In this document: piece by piece, positions 34,867 through 46,255 of the stretch
How positions within the stretch are numbered: the first letter of the stretch is position 1
How the letters are laid out: each line of letters opens with the position of its first letter
Source of the DNA: Histomonas meleagridis 2922-C6/04-290x
Taxonomy: Eukaryota > Protista > Parabasalia
Assembly: GCA_020184695.1 (NCBI GenBank)
Contig: JAANOX010000230.1
Span: 62,001-126,000, forward strand
Length of the DNA: 64,000 nt
Direction: 5' to 3'
Program-made: the position numbers and the translations under genes
Notes under the pieces: generated by a model
What the model saw: only the letters and a program-made list of their open reading frames with translations
The model's database searches: none
What the model was told of the DNA's origin: nothing

Positions 34867-35635
34867 TTAGTTGATAAAGGATTTGAATTGTTTACTTTTT
34901 GACACTTGTGAAAAACCGAAAAAATTATTTTTATTTTATCATTCTGTTAGTGATCAAATTTTAGCCTAATTAAAGCTTTCTACAATCTTTAAACTTTATA
35001 ATCTTATCAGCGTAACCATTATTTTATTTCTAATGCAATTTTTTTCAACCAAATTTCTCCTAATTCTTTTACTTCCATTTCAAAAATATTTTTATGATTT
35101 TTGCACCAAGTCAATATTTTTTATATTGGTTCTTTATTCAATAGTTCTATAGTTCGAATTAGGTTCTAAAAATAAATGTTTTTAATAAATTTCATCAAAT
35201 TTTTTCATGTGTCTAGTTCATTTAATATTTTTTAATTTTATGAAAAAAACTTATGTAGGGTATATTTATTAACATACATCTTGTGTGTTCTGTCCATAAA
35301 AACCAAAATAATGTCCATTTATTATTGAATTTGGAAATTTCCTTTAATGCTGAATGTCCATTAATCAGAAACTGAAAATAAACTATGTAAATATTGAAGT
35401 TGTGTTACCAAGTTTGTTGTAATTTTTGATACCTGTGTTTACAAATTTATTCAATTATCTTTCAATGATTTTTGTTAAATGTATATTTTATATTAATATA
35501 ATATATTCTGTATCTAACTTAATCATTTGTTATGATATGAATTTTTTGAAGTAATATCAAAATTTTTTCACAAATTTCATCTTTTAAATTATTGAATTAT
35601 GTTATCAAAATCACAATGATGAGTTATTATTTTTG

Positions 35636-37540
35636 ATGTTTGTTTCCTTTTTTATACATATACTAAGCGATCAATCACTCATACTTACTGCAAAAGCTAG
35701 AAGTGATTTTGCATCTGGAAAAGGCGGAACATATCTTAATTGGACTAATATTACAGGAGATATTTATTATAAATTATATCAAAAAAGTTCATCAGAGAAT
35801 GAATTGTCTGATTGGAAACAAATCAGTACATATATACCAGGAACAAATGTTAGTGTACTCAATGTATATCCAAGTCAAATCGATGGAACACATGGACAGC
35901 CTTCAACGAACCCTCTAGCATATCGAACATATCTTGTTAATTTTACATTTGCAAATGGAACATCAAAAAAATTATCAAAGTCAGCATCATTAAAAGTATG
36001 GATGGAAGGAGGAACTATTCAAGATGATACTCTTGGTACAACAGAAAATTTCACAGCATTTGGTGTTGATCAAAGCACGGGAAATCAACTTATTTTTGTT
36101 GATGTAATGTCAATTAATGATTTTGAAAAAAAAATTAATGCTAACAGTAATTTTATATATGGTTATGATGTTATTTTCTTTGGAACATGGGATGCCAGCT
36201 CAGGATATTCAATCAAAACAAAAACAGCAAAAGAACATATCGCAAAATACATTGCAGGAGGATATGGTTTATTAACGGGTCATGATTCGATTTCTAATGA
36301 TTTTTATATAAAGCACGAAGCTGAAGGACTTCTTTCAATTCGTCATCTATTCGGAATATACTCAAAGGGACCTGATAATAAGGTTACTAATTTAAATGGT
36401 CACATTGGTTATGTTTCATATAAAATTATTGAATCTAATAAGGTTTCTGTTCAAAGAGAAGGATTATTAACCAATTATCCATATCAAATTGGGACCAAAG
36501 GAAGTATACTTACAATTCCAAAATCACATACTACAAATCATGCTGCTATTGGAGATGTTTGGATGTCATTTAATGGAAATGGAATTGATACGGATAAATA
36601 TGGACTTCATCATAACTTCTATTTAGCCACTAATAACAATACAGGATTTATTCAAACAGGTCACAGTAAGGGTCAATCGACTGAAGATGAAAGAAAAGTT
36701 ATTGCAAACACAATCTATTATTTAAAGCAACGTACTTTTGAAACATATGCAGAAGATCATTCATCACAAGATTATGCACCTCCAAAAATCAATGCATTAA
36801 AGTGGATAAATGAAGATCTTAAACTAGAAATTAATGGTGAAGATGAAGGATCTCATTATATCTTCAAAGTTGAAGCATTAAGTAAAACAAACAACAATGT
36901 ATTATATTCATCTAATGAAGCAGAAGTAACAGTTACAACAGGAATTAAATATTGTAAATACTTAATCACAAGTGTACAAATGACAAATATTCAAATAACT
37001 GATTTAATTAATATATCAAATTCTACAACAATTCAATTAACTCGTGAAGACTTTAAAGAAAATGATCACATTTATGTTGCTGTATTCGATGGTTTTGGTA
37101 ATGCAAGTCCAATAAAAGATGAAATACTTACAATACCTTTACCAACACCTTCACAAAGTCCATCACCTTCACAATCGCCATCAGAATCAATTTCAGCTTC
37201 ACGTAGTATATCAGCATCAGCTTCGCCTTCAAAAAGTATTTCAGCATCACGATCGCCTTCTGCTTCATTTGTGAATGGTATAACAACAGAAGCACAAGGA
37301 AATGTGCCAGATGGAAATGGTAATGTAAAATATTATGCCATTGGAAGTGCTATTGTTGGCGTAGCAGCAATTGTTGCTGCTGCTATAGCAATATTTAAAA
37401 AATTTGGTTCGTCAGGATTTGCTGCAGAAATTGATATTTCAAATAAAAATATCGAAAAAGATGGAATTATTAGTTATATTAATCCACTTTATAATGAAAT
37501 TAAAGATGACCCTTTCGATGACGATTTTGTTGAAGAATAA
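35636..37540 (+). CDS. Type I surface protein: bacterial-like extracellular module, Ser/Pro stalk, TM helix, NPxY tail
   Basis: Signal peptide; motifs LKVWMEGG, YDVIFFGTWDA, GLLTGHD, NFYLATNNNTGFIQTGHS, EDERKVIANTIYYLKQ; SPSPSQS stalk; TM; cytoplasmic INPLY...DDPFDDDF. Confidence 0.8.
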   Translation: MFVSFFIHILSDQSLILTAKARSDFASGKGGTYLNWTNITGDIYYKLYQKSSSENELSDWKQISTYIPGTNVSVLNVYPSQIDGTHGQPSTNPLAYRTYLVNFTFANGTSKKLSKSASLKVWMEGGTIQDDTLGTTENFTAFGVDQSTGNQLIFVDVMSINDFEKKINANSNFIYGYDVIFFGTWDASSGYSIKTKTAKEHIAKYIAGGYGLLTGHDSISNDFYIKHEAEGLLSIRHLFGIYSKGPDNKVTNLNGHIGYVSYKIIESNKVSVQREGLLTNYPYQIGTKGSILTIPKSHTTNHAAIGDVWMSFNGNGIDTDKYGLHHNFYLATNNNTGFIQTGHSKGQSTEDERKVIANTIYYLKQRTFETYAEDHSSQDYAPPKINALKWINEDLKLEINGEDEGSHYIFKVEALSKTNNNVLYSSNEAEVTVTTGIKYCKYLITSVQMTNIQITDLINISNSTTIQLTREDFKENDHIYVAVFDGFGNASPIKDEILTIPLPTPSQSPSPSQSPSESISASRSISASASPSKSISASRSPSASFVNGITTEAQGNVPDGNGNVKYYAIGSAIVGVAAIVAAAIAIFKKFGSSGFAAEIDISNKNIEKDGIISYINPLYNEIKDDPFDDDFVEE

Positions 37541-38356
37541 AGAAAATTAAATTCGAAAAAAATTTAGGTGGAAAATTTATTTCAATAAATTACTTATTTT
37601 TATGAATTTTTTTTATTAATTACTTTTAATTATTTTTGTTCAGACGTTTTCTATGGAAGCACATCAACTAGGAGCAAAGTATAATATATAAATTCAAATT
37701 TGTGTTGTTTCGTGTATGTAATAATGCTTGTCGAGTTATGTAACAAATCAAAACATTGAATTTTATTTTGAATCGAATGATTTCAAAAATGCTCATTAAA
37801 TTTTATGTCTGACAGGATGAAATTAAAGCAATACAAACACTGAAAATATCTAAATAATACAAAATCTAGAGAGAAAAATTTATGATTTAAGTGAAATATT
37901 TTGAGTTAATTGATTAGTAAAAGAAAAATAATGACAACTCCTTTAGAACGATGTTGTGCTTGCATTAACATTTTTATTCAGCATGCGTTCAATGAAAATT
38001 TACATGATGAACATTTGAAACTATTAATAAGGGTTAAATTAATAGTTTTTAGATGCGTTTTAATTAACAAAAAGAAAATATTCCGTGGAACAAATTAATT
38101 TATTTATGTAATAGCTTATTGAATGCCTAAGTAAAAAGTGAAATATACTAACAAAATGATATATGTATTTGAAAAAAATGAATAATTTGATATTGTTTCT
38201 ATAAGTGATAACGTATACTTCGATGTTAGGTCACATGAAAATATTGTAAAAAATTCAGATTAATATATTTGAGTAAATTTTCTTTCTCCGTGATGTCACT
38301 TTTCTAATAAACTTTTTTTAGAAACGTACATTTGATAATTTCTTCATCGCATTATT

Positions 38357-39742
38357 ATGTCTGATGATTTTTTAACAATAAAAAAGCTCAGCATGAACCC
38401 AACAAGAACAAAAACTCAATTAAATAAAACAGTTGATTTTGTTGATTACAATACAACAAATAACAATGATGAATCATTAGCTTATGTTTCATATTTACAA
38501 GATCAAATTGAAATGAAAGAATCAGAGGTGACACGATATAGAGAATCTCTTGGTCGCAATGATGAAACAGATATGTCTCATGCACCAACTGAACTTAAAA
38601 AACTCCAATCAGCCTTTGAGCAAGTCCAAAAAGAATGTGCTGCCAAACTGTCACCATACGAAGACATTTATCATCAAAAAGATTCTGTTTTTGAAGGCAA
38701 ACAAAATTATATTGATACTTTCACCAAACTTTCACAGCAAAAACTCGATTCTCTCCAATCTTTAAGTCAGAAAGTTGATGAAATTATTGCAAGTACAATT
38801 GACCCACCAGTGAAAATCAACGATTCACAATTAGAACCTCTTATTTCCAACATTTTAAAAATCCAATCAGACCTCGATTCTGCATCCAGAAGCCTCAATC
38901 TCGATTCGTACAGTGCTGGCGAGCTTAAAAATCTCAATGACGAACTTTCGAAGCAATTAAAAGATAAATTAATGCAAAAGCAAAAATCAAATCGACGAAT
39001 TGAAACACTCAAAAAAGACATCGAATTAAAGACATCAAATAACAAACCGCCAACAATTGATAATGAATGGGTTTCATATCAACAAAAACTACAATTTAAT
39101 ACAATTCTCCTTCGCGAATGTAATAGCACAATTAAAAATTTAAACAAAGAAATTGAAACAATTACGAAGTTAAACTTAAAGTTTAATAGTGATATTTCCA
39201 AACTTCGTGAAGAGTTGATTGAGTTGAACAAATTTCTTCCAAATGAAAACTTCAGTTCACCTATTCAAAATTTCAATGACGCTTCAAATGACTATGAAAT
39301 TTCAATTGTAAAATTGTATAATTCAAAGGCAAAACAAAAAGTTGAAAAAACAAAACTTTACTCACTTCAGAAAAAGTTGAAGGAAATAATGGTAAAATTA
39401 AAAGAAAAAGAAAAATCTCTGGAAAAAACAAAAGTAAAACAAAAAATGGCAGAAACAGAACTTGAAGAATCTCAAAAGGAAACTGGCGAATTTATATCAG
39501 AGAAAAAATTTTTACAAAATCAAAGAGATTATATGAAAGAACAAATTAATAAATCAAAAGAAGAATTAAAGCAAATTAAAGAGAAAACAAAAAAGCTAAA
39601 ATTAATTTTAAAGAAACAGAAAATGATAATAATGTTAAATGAAGAATTCCATGCTTTCAAGAATATGAACTTGACAAAGGTTTCGGATACTGTATCAAAT
39701 CTTCTGAAGATAAATGGTGAAATTGACAAGCTTGAAGATTGA
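38357..39742 (+). CDS. Coiled-coil hypothetical protein
   Basis: 461 aa Lys/Glu/Leu-rich heptad ORF. Confidence 0.7.
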   Translation: MSDDFLTIKKLSMNPTRTKTQLNKTVDFVDYNTTNNNDESLAYVSYLQDQIEMKESEVTRYRESLGRNDETDMSHAPTELKKLQSAFEQVQKECAAKLSPYEDIYHQKDSVFEGKQNYIDTFTKLSQQKLDSLQSLSQKVDEIIASTIDPPVKINDSQLEPLISNILKIQSDLDSASRSLNLDSYSAGELKNLNDELSKQLKDKLMQKQKSNRRIETLKKDIELKTSNNKPPTIDNEWVSYQQKLQFNTILLRECNSTIKNLNKEIETITKLNLKFNSDISKLREELIELNKFLPNENFSSPIQNFNDASNDYEISIVKLYNSKAKQKVEKTKLYSLQKKLKEIMVKLKEKEKSLEKTKVKQKMAETELEESQKETGEFISEKKFLQNQRDYMKEQINKSKEELKQIKEKTKKLKLILKKQKMIIMLNEEFHAFKNMNLTKVSDTVSNLLKINGEIDKLED

Positions 39743-39894
39743 ATTTGAATTGCGAATTTCTATTTATTAATAAATTGTTTTAGTTTTTTATAATATTATC
39801 TTAAGCAAACGATTGAGACAAAAGAATAGCTCTGTTAATTGATTTTCTTGTTTTGAGTCCGAATAAAATTGTTATCTTTACATAACCGATACAC

Positions 39895-39942
39895 AAACGG
39901 TTTCTTGTATTTAACGGCTATATCGGTTATGGTCCGGCCTTT
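39895..39942 (+). promoter_or_regulatory. Trichomonad-type M3 (RRCGGTTD) and M5 (CCTTT) core promoter motifs of RPS3
   Basis: AAACGGTTT at 39895-39903 and CCTTT at 39938-39942, two bases before the ATG. M5 is the known Inr substitute in trichomonad ribosomal protein genes. Confidence 0.6.
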
Positions 39943-39944
39943 TC

Positions 39945-40595
39945 ATGAAGGCTCAACGCTGCACAAAGGTACGCCGCATCATCGAAACAGGTCTTTTCTA
40001 TGCAGAACTCAATGAACTTTTCACACGTGAATTAGCTGCTGATGGCTATGGTGGTTGCGAAGTCCGTACAACACCATCCCGTACAGAAATCATCATCAAA
40101 GCTTCCAACACAAAACTTTTTGTTGACAACAATGGTCGCCGTCTTCAAGAAATCCGTATGATGGTTTTAAAGAGATGGCACATCAAGGATGATCAACTCG
40201 AAATCTTCATCGACCGTATCCAACGTCGTGGACTTTCCGCCCTCAACCAACTCGAATCCCTTCGTTTCAAACTTGTTAACCGTATTCCAGCTCGTCGTGC
40301 TGCATATTCCATCATCCGTTTTGTCATGGATGCAGGCGCACGTGGTTGTGAAGTTGTTATCTCAGGTAAGATGAGGTCAGCTCGTGCTGCTGCTATGAAA
40401 TTCCGTGAAGGTTACATGGTTAAGAGTGGTGATGTTTCACAAAAGTACGTCTTAAAGGCTGTCGGCCACATCCCAATGAAGCAAGCCGTTGTTGGTATCC
40501 GTGTTCTCATTATGTTGGCTCATGACCCACAAGGAATTACTGGCCCACGTGAACCACAACCAGATGTCATCAAAGTACACGAAGCCAAAGATTAA
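39945..40595 (+). CDS. RPS3: 40S ribosomal protein S3 (uS3)
   Basis: GLFYAELNELFTRELAADGYGG, EIIIKA, RRAAYSIIRFVMDAGARGCEVVISGKMR; strongly biased codon usage. Confidence 0.97.
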   Translation: MKAQRCTKVRRIIETGLFYAELNELFTRELAADGYGGCEVRTTPSRTEIIIKASNTKLFVDNNGRRLQEIRMMVLKRWHIKDDQLEIFIDRIQRRGLSALNQLESLRFKLVNRIPARRAAYSIIRFVMDAGARGCEVVISGKMRSARAAAMKFREGYMVKSGDVSQKYVLKAVGHIPMKQAVVGIRVLIMLAHDPQGITGPREPQPDVIKVHEAKD

Positions 40596-41118
40596 AAATT
40601 CTTCGTCATCAAATTTCGATTTTTTTTTAACCATCTGTTTATGACATAAATATAATTTTTAGTCCAAGTTGGAACTCGAAATTATTTTTTCCCTTTTCTT
40701 GACTCTTTCTTTGTTCTTTTATAAAATTTTGGCGCTAATTTGAAAATATGATAAATTCCTTAATGAGTATCATCAAGTTATGAGCAATATTGCTCGACAT
40801 AATAATCTTAAAAAATCAAGAATTAAATTTTCTATAGAAAAATAATTATTTACACCATCGCATCTTTATATTGAAAACAATGTATGCGATTGTATCATCG
40901 TAATGTTAAAAATAATAGGTCGCCAAAAAGTTTGTAACATTTTTGATCGTTTTTGGTTGGAATCGTTTTCAAAAAGTTGAATTTCACGAAAACGTTTTTA
41001 AGTTTAAATCATCATAGACGTTAAATCACTTCATATTAACTGTTATTTCTAAATCTTTTTGATAACAATCAATTTTGGCGTTTTAAAATATTTCAATACT
41101 TTACATATTTTCTCCCAG

Positions 41119-43287
41119 ATGAAAAAAGAAGAGCCGTTTGTCTTTAAATCAGAAGAAAATCAATGTTTTAGTAAAATACAAAATAAAGGGACTCGGTTCT
41201 ATTTTGTAGATTTAGATTCGAATTCAATTCTTTTTATTGCAAGATCACGTCATTACGATCAATTAATAAGATCAAGGCTCGAGGAAAAAGGTAAAAACAG
41301 AGTTTGCGCAGATTCTTTTGGTGTAGTTTATCAAACGCGCATTACAGAAAGAATTTATTATGCATCAATGCTCGAAAATAAGCGGTGGTATTTAATTGTT
41401 CTTATGCGATTTGGAGATGGGATTGACCAACGCACAAGTTATTATTCAATATTAATCCATTCTAATCAAAAAGAATTTTTATATCCCGTTTCAAAAAGGA
41501 CTTATATACCACAAAAAGCTTGCTGGATTGGATATGGTACAAAGTATTTTTTTTATACCGATTTTATCAACAAATCCTTAACATATGAAGTTGATTTAAA
41601 ACAAGACAAAAACAAACTTCAAATATCATGTCGAGGGGAACCAAAAGTAATCAACAGCTGCTACAATCTTCAAACAAGTTATGCTAATTTTAAAACATTT
41701 AATACTTATATCAGTAAGAATGAAATGAAAATGATTGATCAAGCTAGTCGTGAAATTGCTCCTATTTCATATTACATTCCCAAATGTGTGTGTTTCACAG
41801 AAAAAGATGAATTTAAGCTTTTCCGTCTTGATTTATATCAAACGTTCAAAATGCCAATGAGTTTTCCCCAATTTACACTTATCGTCAACGATACGGTGCT
41901 TAACGTTCTCATTCCACCTTCTTCACAAAACATCCAAATCAATGTTGACTATCTCACAGCCACTCCGGATAATGAAACAGCTATAGCGTGTGAAGAACTA
42001 GCACCTCTTTGCTTAAAAGATGCTAAAGTTTGTTTTGATCCTCGAAATGCTAGTCAACAACCATATACAAAACTTCCATTTTATTACTTTTCAAAGAATG
42101 TACTTATGATAGGAGCTCCAAAAGGCTTCATTACTACCATTCTTCTTGGGCAAAAGAACCGAATTCGATGTATATTCTTGACTCTAGTTCCTGATAATTC
42201 ATCATATAATCAAATGTATCCACTTATAGACAAATACGCTATCTCTACAGTGAGTGGTAAGTTTTATAACTTCAAAATTAATTACAAATTCTTTATTGAT
42301 CAAGATCCTCAATATATAATTCCATATCTACATACCCAAATGAACAATGAAAAGTTTAAACTTTCCGAAGTTCTCAGTGAAAGTGTTTTAATGAGTTTTT
42401 GGAACTCAATGGTTTTTAATGAATTATTATTAATATGTTTTAACAAACATTGTCTTCGAAAAATTTATGGTCAGGACTTCAAAGAGCCAAATTCTAAAGA
42501 TGGTAAGGAACCTAAGGATCCTCGTGTCCAAATTCCATTTTTTGAAAATGATATTTGTTCTACATTTTCATACCGAATCATGCAAATCAGCTCGAATGAC
42601 AAAATCAAGCTCTTCGAAGGGAATACTGAAAAGGCCAAAGAACCATTCCATGACTTTCAAGATTTTGGAGATTTTGAAAATGATAGTTCTGTATTTGCAT
42701 TATCAGATATGCCACCCGAAATATCTGATTATGGATCACTTTCTAAGCTTCTTCTTCATTTGATGGAGAACAAGGGCACGTATAATACCTTTCAAAATAA
42801 TATGTTTAACTATAAGTCATATCCCAAGAAGATAAGGCTTCCAGTAATGCTTCAACTAGCCGCCATGAAGTATTCTTTTCATTTAACAGCTCGTCAAACC
42901 AAAGAAAAAGATCATCAAGTTAAAGTTGACGATGAAATTATCGACATGGGATTGTTAGAAACCGCCGAAACCTCTCCTAACGTTCTCCAATATTGGCAAG
43001 GAAACGGTTTTGAAACGGTCGCCAAGAAAAGTCAAACGAACGATAGCGATAAGCCACAAACGTTAGAAGAATTCCAAAGGGATTTCTTGATAGCAAGGAG
43101 TGAAATAGCAGAAGGAGCTGTAGAACCGGTAAATAATGGAGAAAGCAACTTCATTTGCAGATTGTCTGAACTGATGAGTTCGTATCAAGACAAACTTCCC
43201 GGCGCTTATAAATTCATAGAAAACATCCACAACGAATTCATTGAATCGATTGCAGCCAAAAGCGCTTACAAATTCTCCTTTGTATGA
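41119..43287 (+). CDS. Hypothetical protein
   Basis: More than 720 aa intact ORF from the first ATG (41119); no family recognised. Confidence 0.7.
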   Translation: MKKEEPFVFKSEENQCFSKIQNKGTRFYFVDLDSNSILFIARSRHYDQLIRSRLEEKGKNRVCADSFGVVYQTRITERIYYASMLENKRWYLIVLMRFGDGIDQRTSYYSILIHSNQKEFLYPVSKRTYIPQKACWIGYGTKYFFYTDFINKSLTYEVDLKQDKNKLQISCRGEPKVINSCYNLQTSYANFKTFNTYISKNEMKMIDQASREIAPISYYIPKCVCFTEKDEFKLFRLDLYQTFKMPMSFPQFTLIVNDTVLNVLIPPSSQNIQINVDYLTATPDNETAIACEELAPLCLKDAKVCFDPRNASQQPYTKLPFYYFSKNVLMIGAPKGFITTILLGQKNRIRCIFLTLVPDNSSYNQMYPLIDKYAISTVSGKFYNFKINYKFFIDQDPQYIIPYLHTQMNNEKFKLSEVLSESVLMSFWNSMVFNELLLICFNKHCLRKIYGQDFKEPNSKDGKEPKDPRVQIPFFENDICSTFSYRIMQISSNDKIKLFEGNTEKAKEPFHDFQDFGDFENDSSVFALSDMPPEISDYGSLSKLLLHLMENKGTYNTFQNNMFNYKSYPKKIRLPVMLQLAAMKYSFHLTARQTKEKDHQVKVDDEIIDMGLLETAETSPNVLQYWQGNGFETVAKKSQTNDSDKPQTLEEFQRDFLIARSEIAEGAVEPVNNGESNFICRLSELMSSYQDKLPGAYKFIENIHNEFIESIAAKSAYKFSFV

Positions 43288-43828
43288 TCTCAATAATGGA
43301 TCGAAATAGAAGTAAAAAGTTGTATTCATTTAAATTTAGTGACGTTTGTGGATAACGAATGTAATTTTGATTATTGGGAAATGATTTGATTTGCAACCTA
43401 TGGATATAAGTTTCTGTGCTGTGTAGATTTGAAACTATTGCATTTTCCAATTGATTTTTATTATAAAGTCGATGTGAAAAACCGTTAACTTTCATGCAAC
43501 TATGAAGAATTGCTTGGGAAAAATATATAATGATATGTGTACCAGAATATTTATTGCCAAAGGTACTGAAGATTTTAACATTTACAATAGCACCAAATTG
43601 GAAATTGTTAAAAATGAAAACCTTTTAAACGATAAATTCTTCAAAAAAATAATGTGTAAAGTTCGATGACATTTAACATTTATTTCTTAAACTTTGGATA
43701 TATATTTTCATATGTTGTAAAAAGCTCCTTGAATGACACTCTTAGCAAGTTACACAGTTTTTCACGACGCCTTTAGGAACATTTTATTTATATATAAAAA
43801 TCCAAATGAAATCTAAATCCGCATTTTA

Positions 43829-44812
43829 TTAATGAAGTTTTGGGCAACAAGAATGCTTTGCTATAAATAAATCCTCACGATAAAGGAGTGTTTTTGCATC
43901 TTTCAACATTTTTGAAATATCCCAATTTCTCCAATGCAAAACTAATTGGTTAACGCTTGGGCAATCATTTGGAATTTCAATTTGCATAACATGAGCGACC
44001 GTTAAACATGGAATAAACTTTTCAATTAACTGTAACCGCCCAATGATTTGATCCCAAATTCGAAACAAATCATTTCCGTCATGTTCGTCAGCAAACATTA
44101 AGTATTCCCATCGACTTCCAAAGCACATAGTGCCGCATTCACCATCAATCATCAGTTGATACTTATTTGGATCTAATTCTTTTATTGCCAAGTCAATAAC
44201 ATGGAAATGATTTCGAATTACCGCCTGATCATGTAAAATTTTGAAAAAGGGTACGCGTTTTGTAAGAGCTTTGAAAAGGACATGCGCAATGCTTTCTGCA
44301 AAATCAAATGAAAAATTGCACGACTTTGAAAAAGATGCGGAAAGAAGGTAACAAACACATCCATATCGATCCAGTCCTTGAATATAGTTAAAAGATGGAT
44401 CGGTTTTGGATGATAGTGCATAGAATCGTGATATGCGTGTAATTGCATCTGAAAAATCGGATTCATCAAGGCCAATATCATGGCCAAGTGTAACAAGCCA
44501 ATTGAACGTTCTAACAAAATCACGTGAAATTGCGTGTGATGTCTCATGATCAATCAAAGTTAACGGATTTTGTAAATTTGAAGCAAATTCTCTTCTTATT
44601 TGTTCCAAATATGATGTGTGAATTTCTAATATTGAATCAGCCCATGTTTCTGAGTCATTTTGAACTATTTCCAAAGCAACCATCCAAGAAATCAATCTGT
44701 CTTTTACATTTTTATTTGTTTCATCTGATATAAGAAAAGAGTGTGCTTCGTCTATATTTTGTATAGTAATTAGTTGTTGAATTTGTTCCTTTGTAGGAGA
44801 CCAGAATTCCAT
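43829..44812 (-). CDS. Rab-GAP TBC-domain-like protein
   Basis: ISRDFVRT, YIQGLDRY and RWEYLMFADEH...RIWDQI resemble TBC motifs. Likely start is the ATG at 44812. Confidence 0.65.
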   Translation of the reverse strand: MEFWSPTKEQIQQLITIQNIDEAHSFLISDETNKNVKDRLISWMVALEIVQNDSETWADSILEIHTSYLEQIRREFASNLQNPLTLIDHETSHAISRDFVRTFNWLVTLGHDIGLDESDFSDAITRISRFYALSSKTDPSFNYIQGLDRYGCVCYLLSASFSKSCNFSFDFAESIAHVLFKALTKRVPFFKILHDQAVIRNHFHVIDLAIKELDPNKYQLMIDGECGTMCFGSRWEYLMFADEHDGNDLFRIWDQIIGRLQLIEKFIPCLTVAHVMQIEIPNDCPSVNQLVLHWRNWDISKMLKDAKTLLYREDLFIAKHSCCPKLH

Positions 44813-46255
44813 TTTTCTGGCTATTTGGCACCCTGATAAATTGAATGCGTATTGTTTTTTATATAAGTAAACATCACAAAAGTTGTTAATCAAAATTTTT
44901 TGATTTATGAAAACGAATGAAATATTATAAAAATTGATAAAGCTGTATATATAATGATATCGAGCAATTACAAAAATACTTTTGGTAACCAAAAATTTTA
45001 CTGCTTCCAAGAATTATTCCATTTAATTGCTTTGTGAAGTGCAGTCATAAGCATGAAATACCTCATTTATATTAACTCCTGGTTTGCTTGAAAACTTAAC
45101 GAGTCATTTCGATATTTTTTTCCTGCACAGGCATAATTAATGATTTTGAAGGTGATATTTGGAAATATTTAAGAGAAACACGGTCTTTTCTGAAATATAT
45201 TTATTTCGTAATTATATAGATTAAATTCAATTTATTATTAGTAAAATAAATTACATGGATGTATAAATTATCTAAACAGAGTATAATATTAATATTTATT
45301 GAAATATGTTCGAAAATTGCATTTGAAATTTTTATCTTCAAATTTTCAATATCTCTCTATTAGTTGATTTCGATTTATTTTGTAATTTATTTTGTTTTAT
45401 CACATATATCCATCCCTCTATATTCATTTTAAATTGCATTATCTCAAGGGATTGAATTGAATGCAATTTGATCGATTTGAATTCAATTTTTTTGATGCAT
45501 TTTGCGTTTTTTTTCCCCCTCTTATTTTCTTGGATTCTAAATTTGTTTCATATTATCACATTATTAAATGGAATTTCGCATATTAATTTCAAAAAAGGAT
45601 TTTTCTTTTATGATGATTTATTCGTCATTATTCTTAATTTTCTTCCTTTTCTTCTTCTTCTTCAATTTCTCCTTTTTCAGGACCATATGAGGAAAATTTA
45701 TAAAAATGAAATAGAACAATTTTTTCATTTTATTTTGATATAAAATTTAATTATCTGTCATATTTTATCAAAAATCTCAATATTTCAATAAATAAAAAAG
45801 TACATCATTATGTAGAGATATTATTTTTTTTTAATCATAAGTATTACATTCAACCACGAGATTTTATGAGTAAAAATAATGCCTAGGAGACCGTTTATGA
45901 ATTTATCGAATAATCGTTTTCTATCCAATATAGTGGGCCCACCTTTAAATAAGATGATTATAAATTTATCACATTTATTTGTACAAAAACATACAACATT
46001 CAACGTAAATGTAATCATAATTTAAAATTATTTTTTGTTGTTTAACAATATTTATTTTGTTAAATCTAAAGTCATTATTTTGTAATACATCTTCAAAATT
46101 AAGAATTTATTATTAAAATGAAATGATAAAAAACTTAAAAAAGTCAAAACGCTAATATCGTTAAGATGATTCCATTTTGTTTTATATAACAACAAAATAA
46201 TTTTATATTCGTTTATAAAAATTAAATTTAAAAATTTGATTATTACACATTTTAT

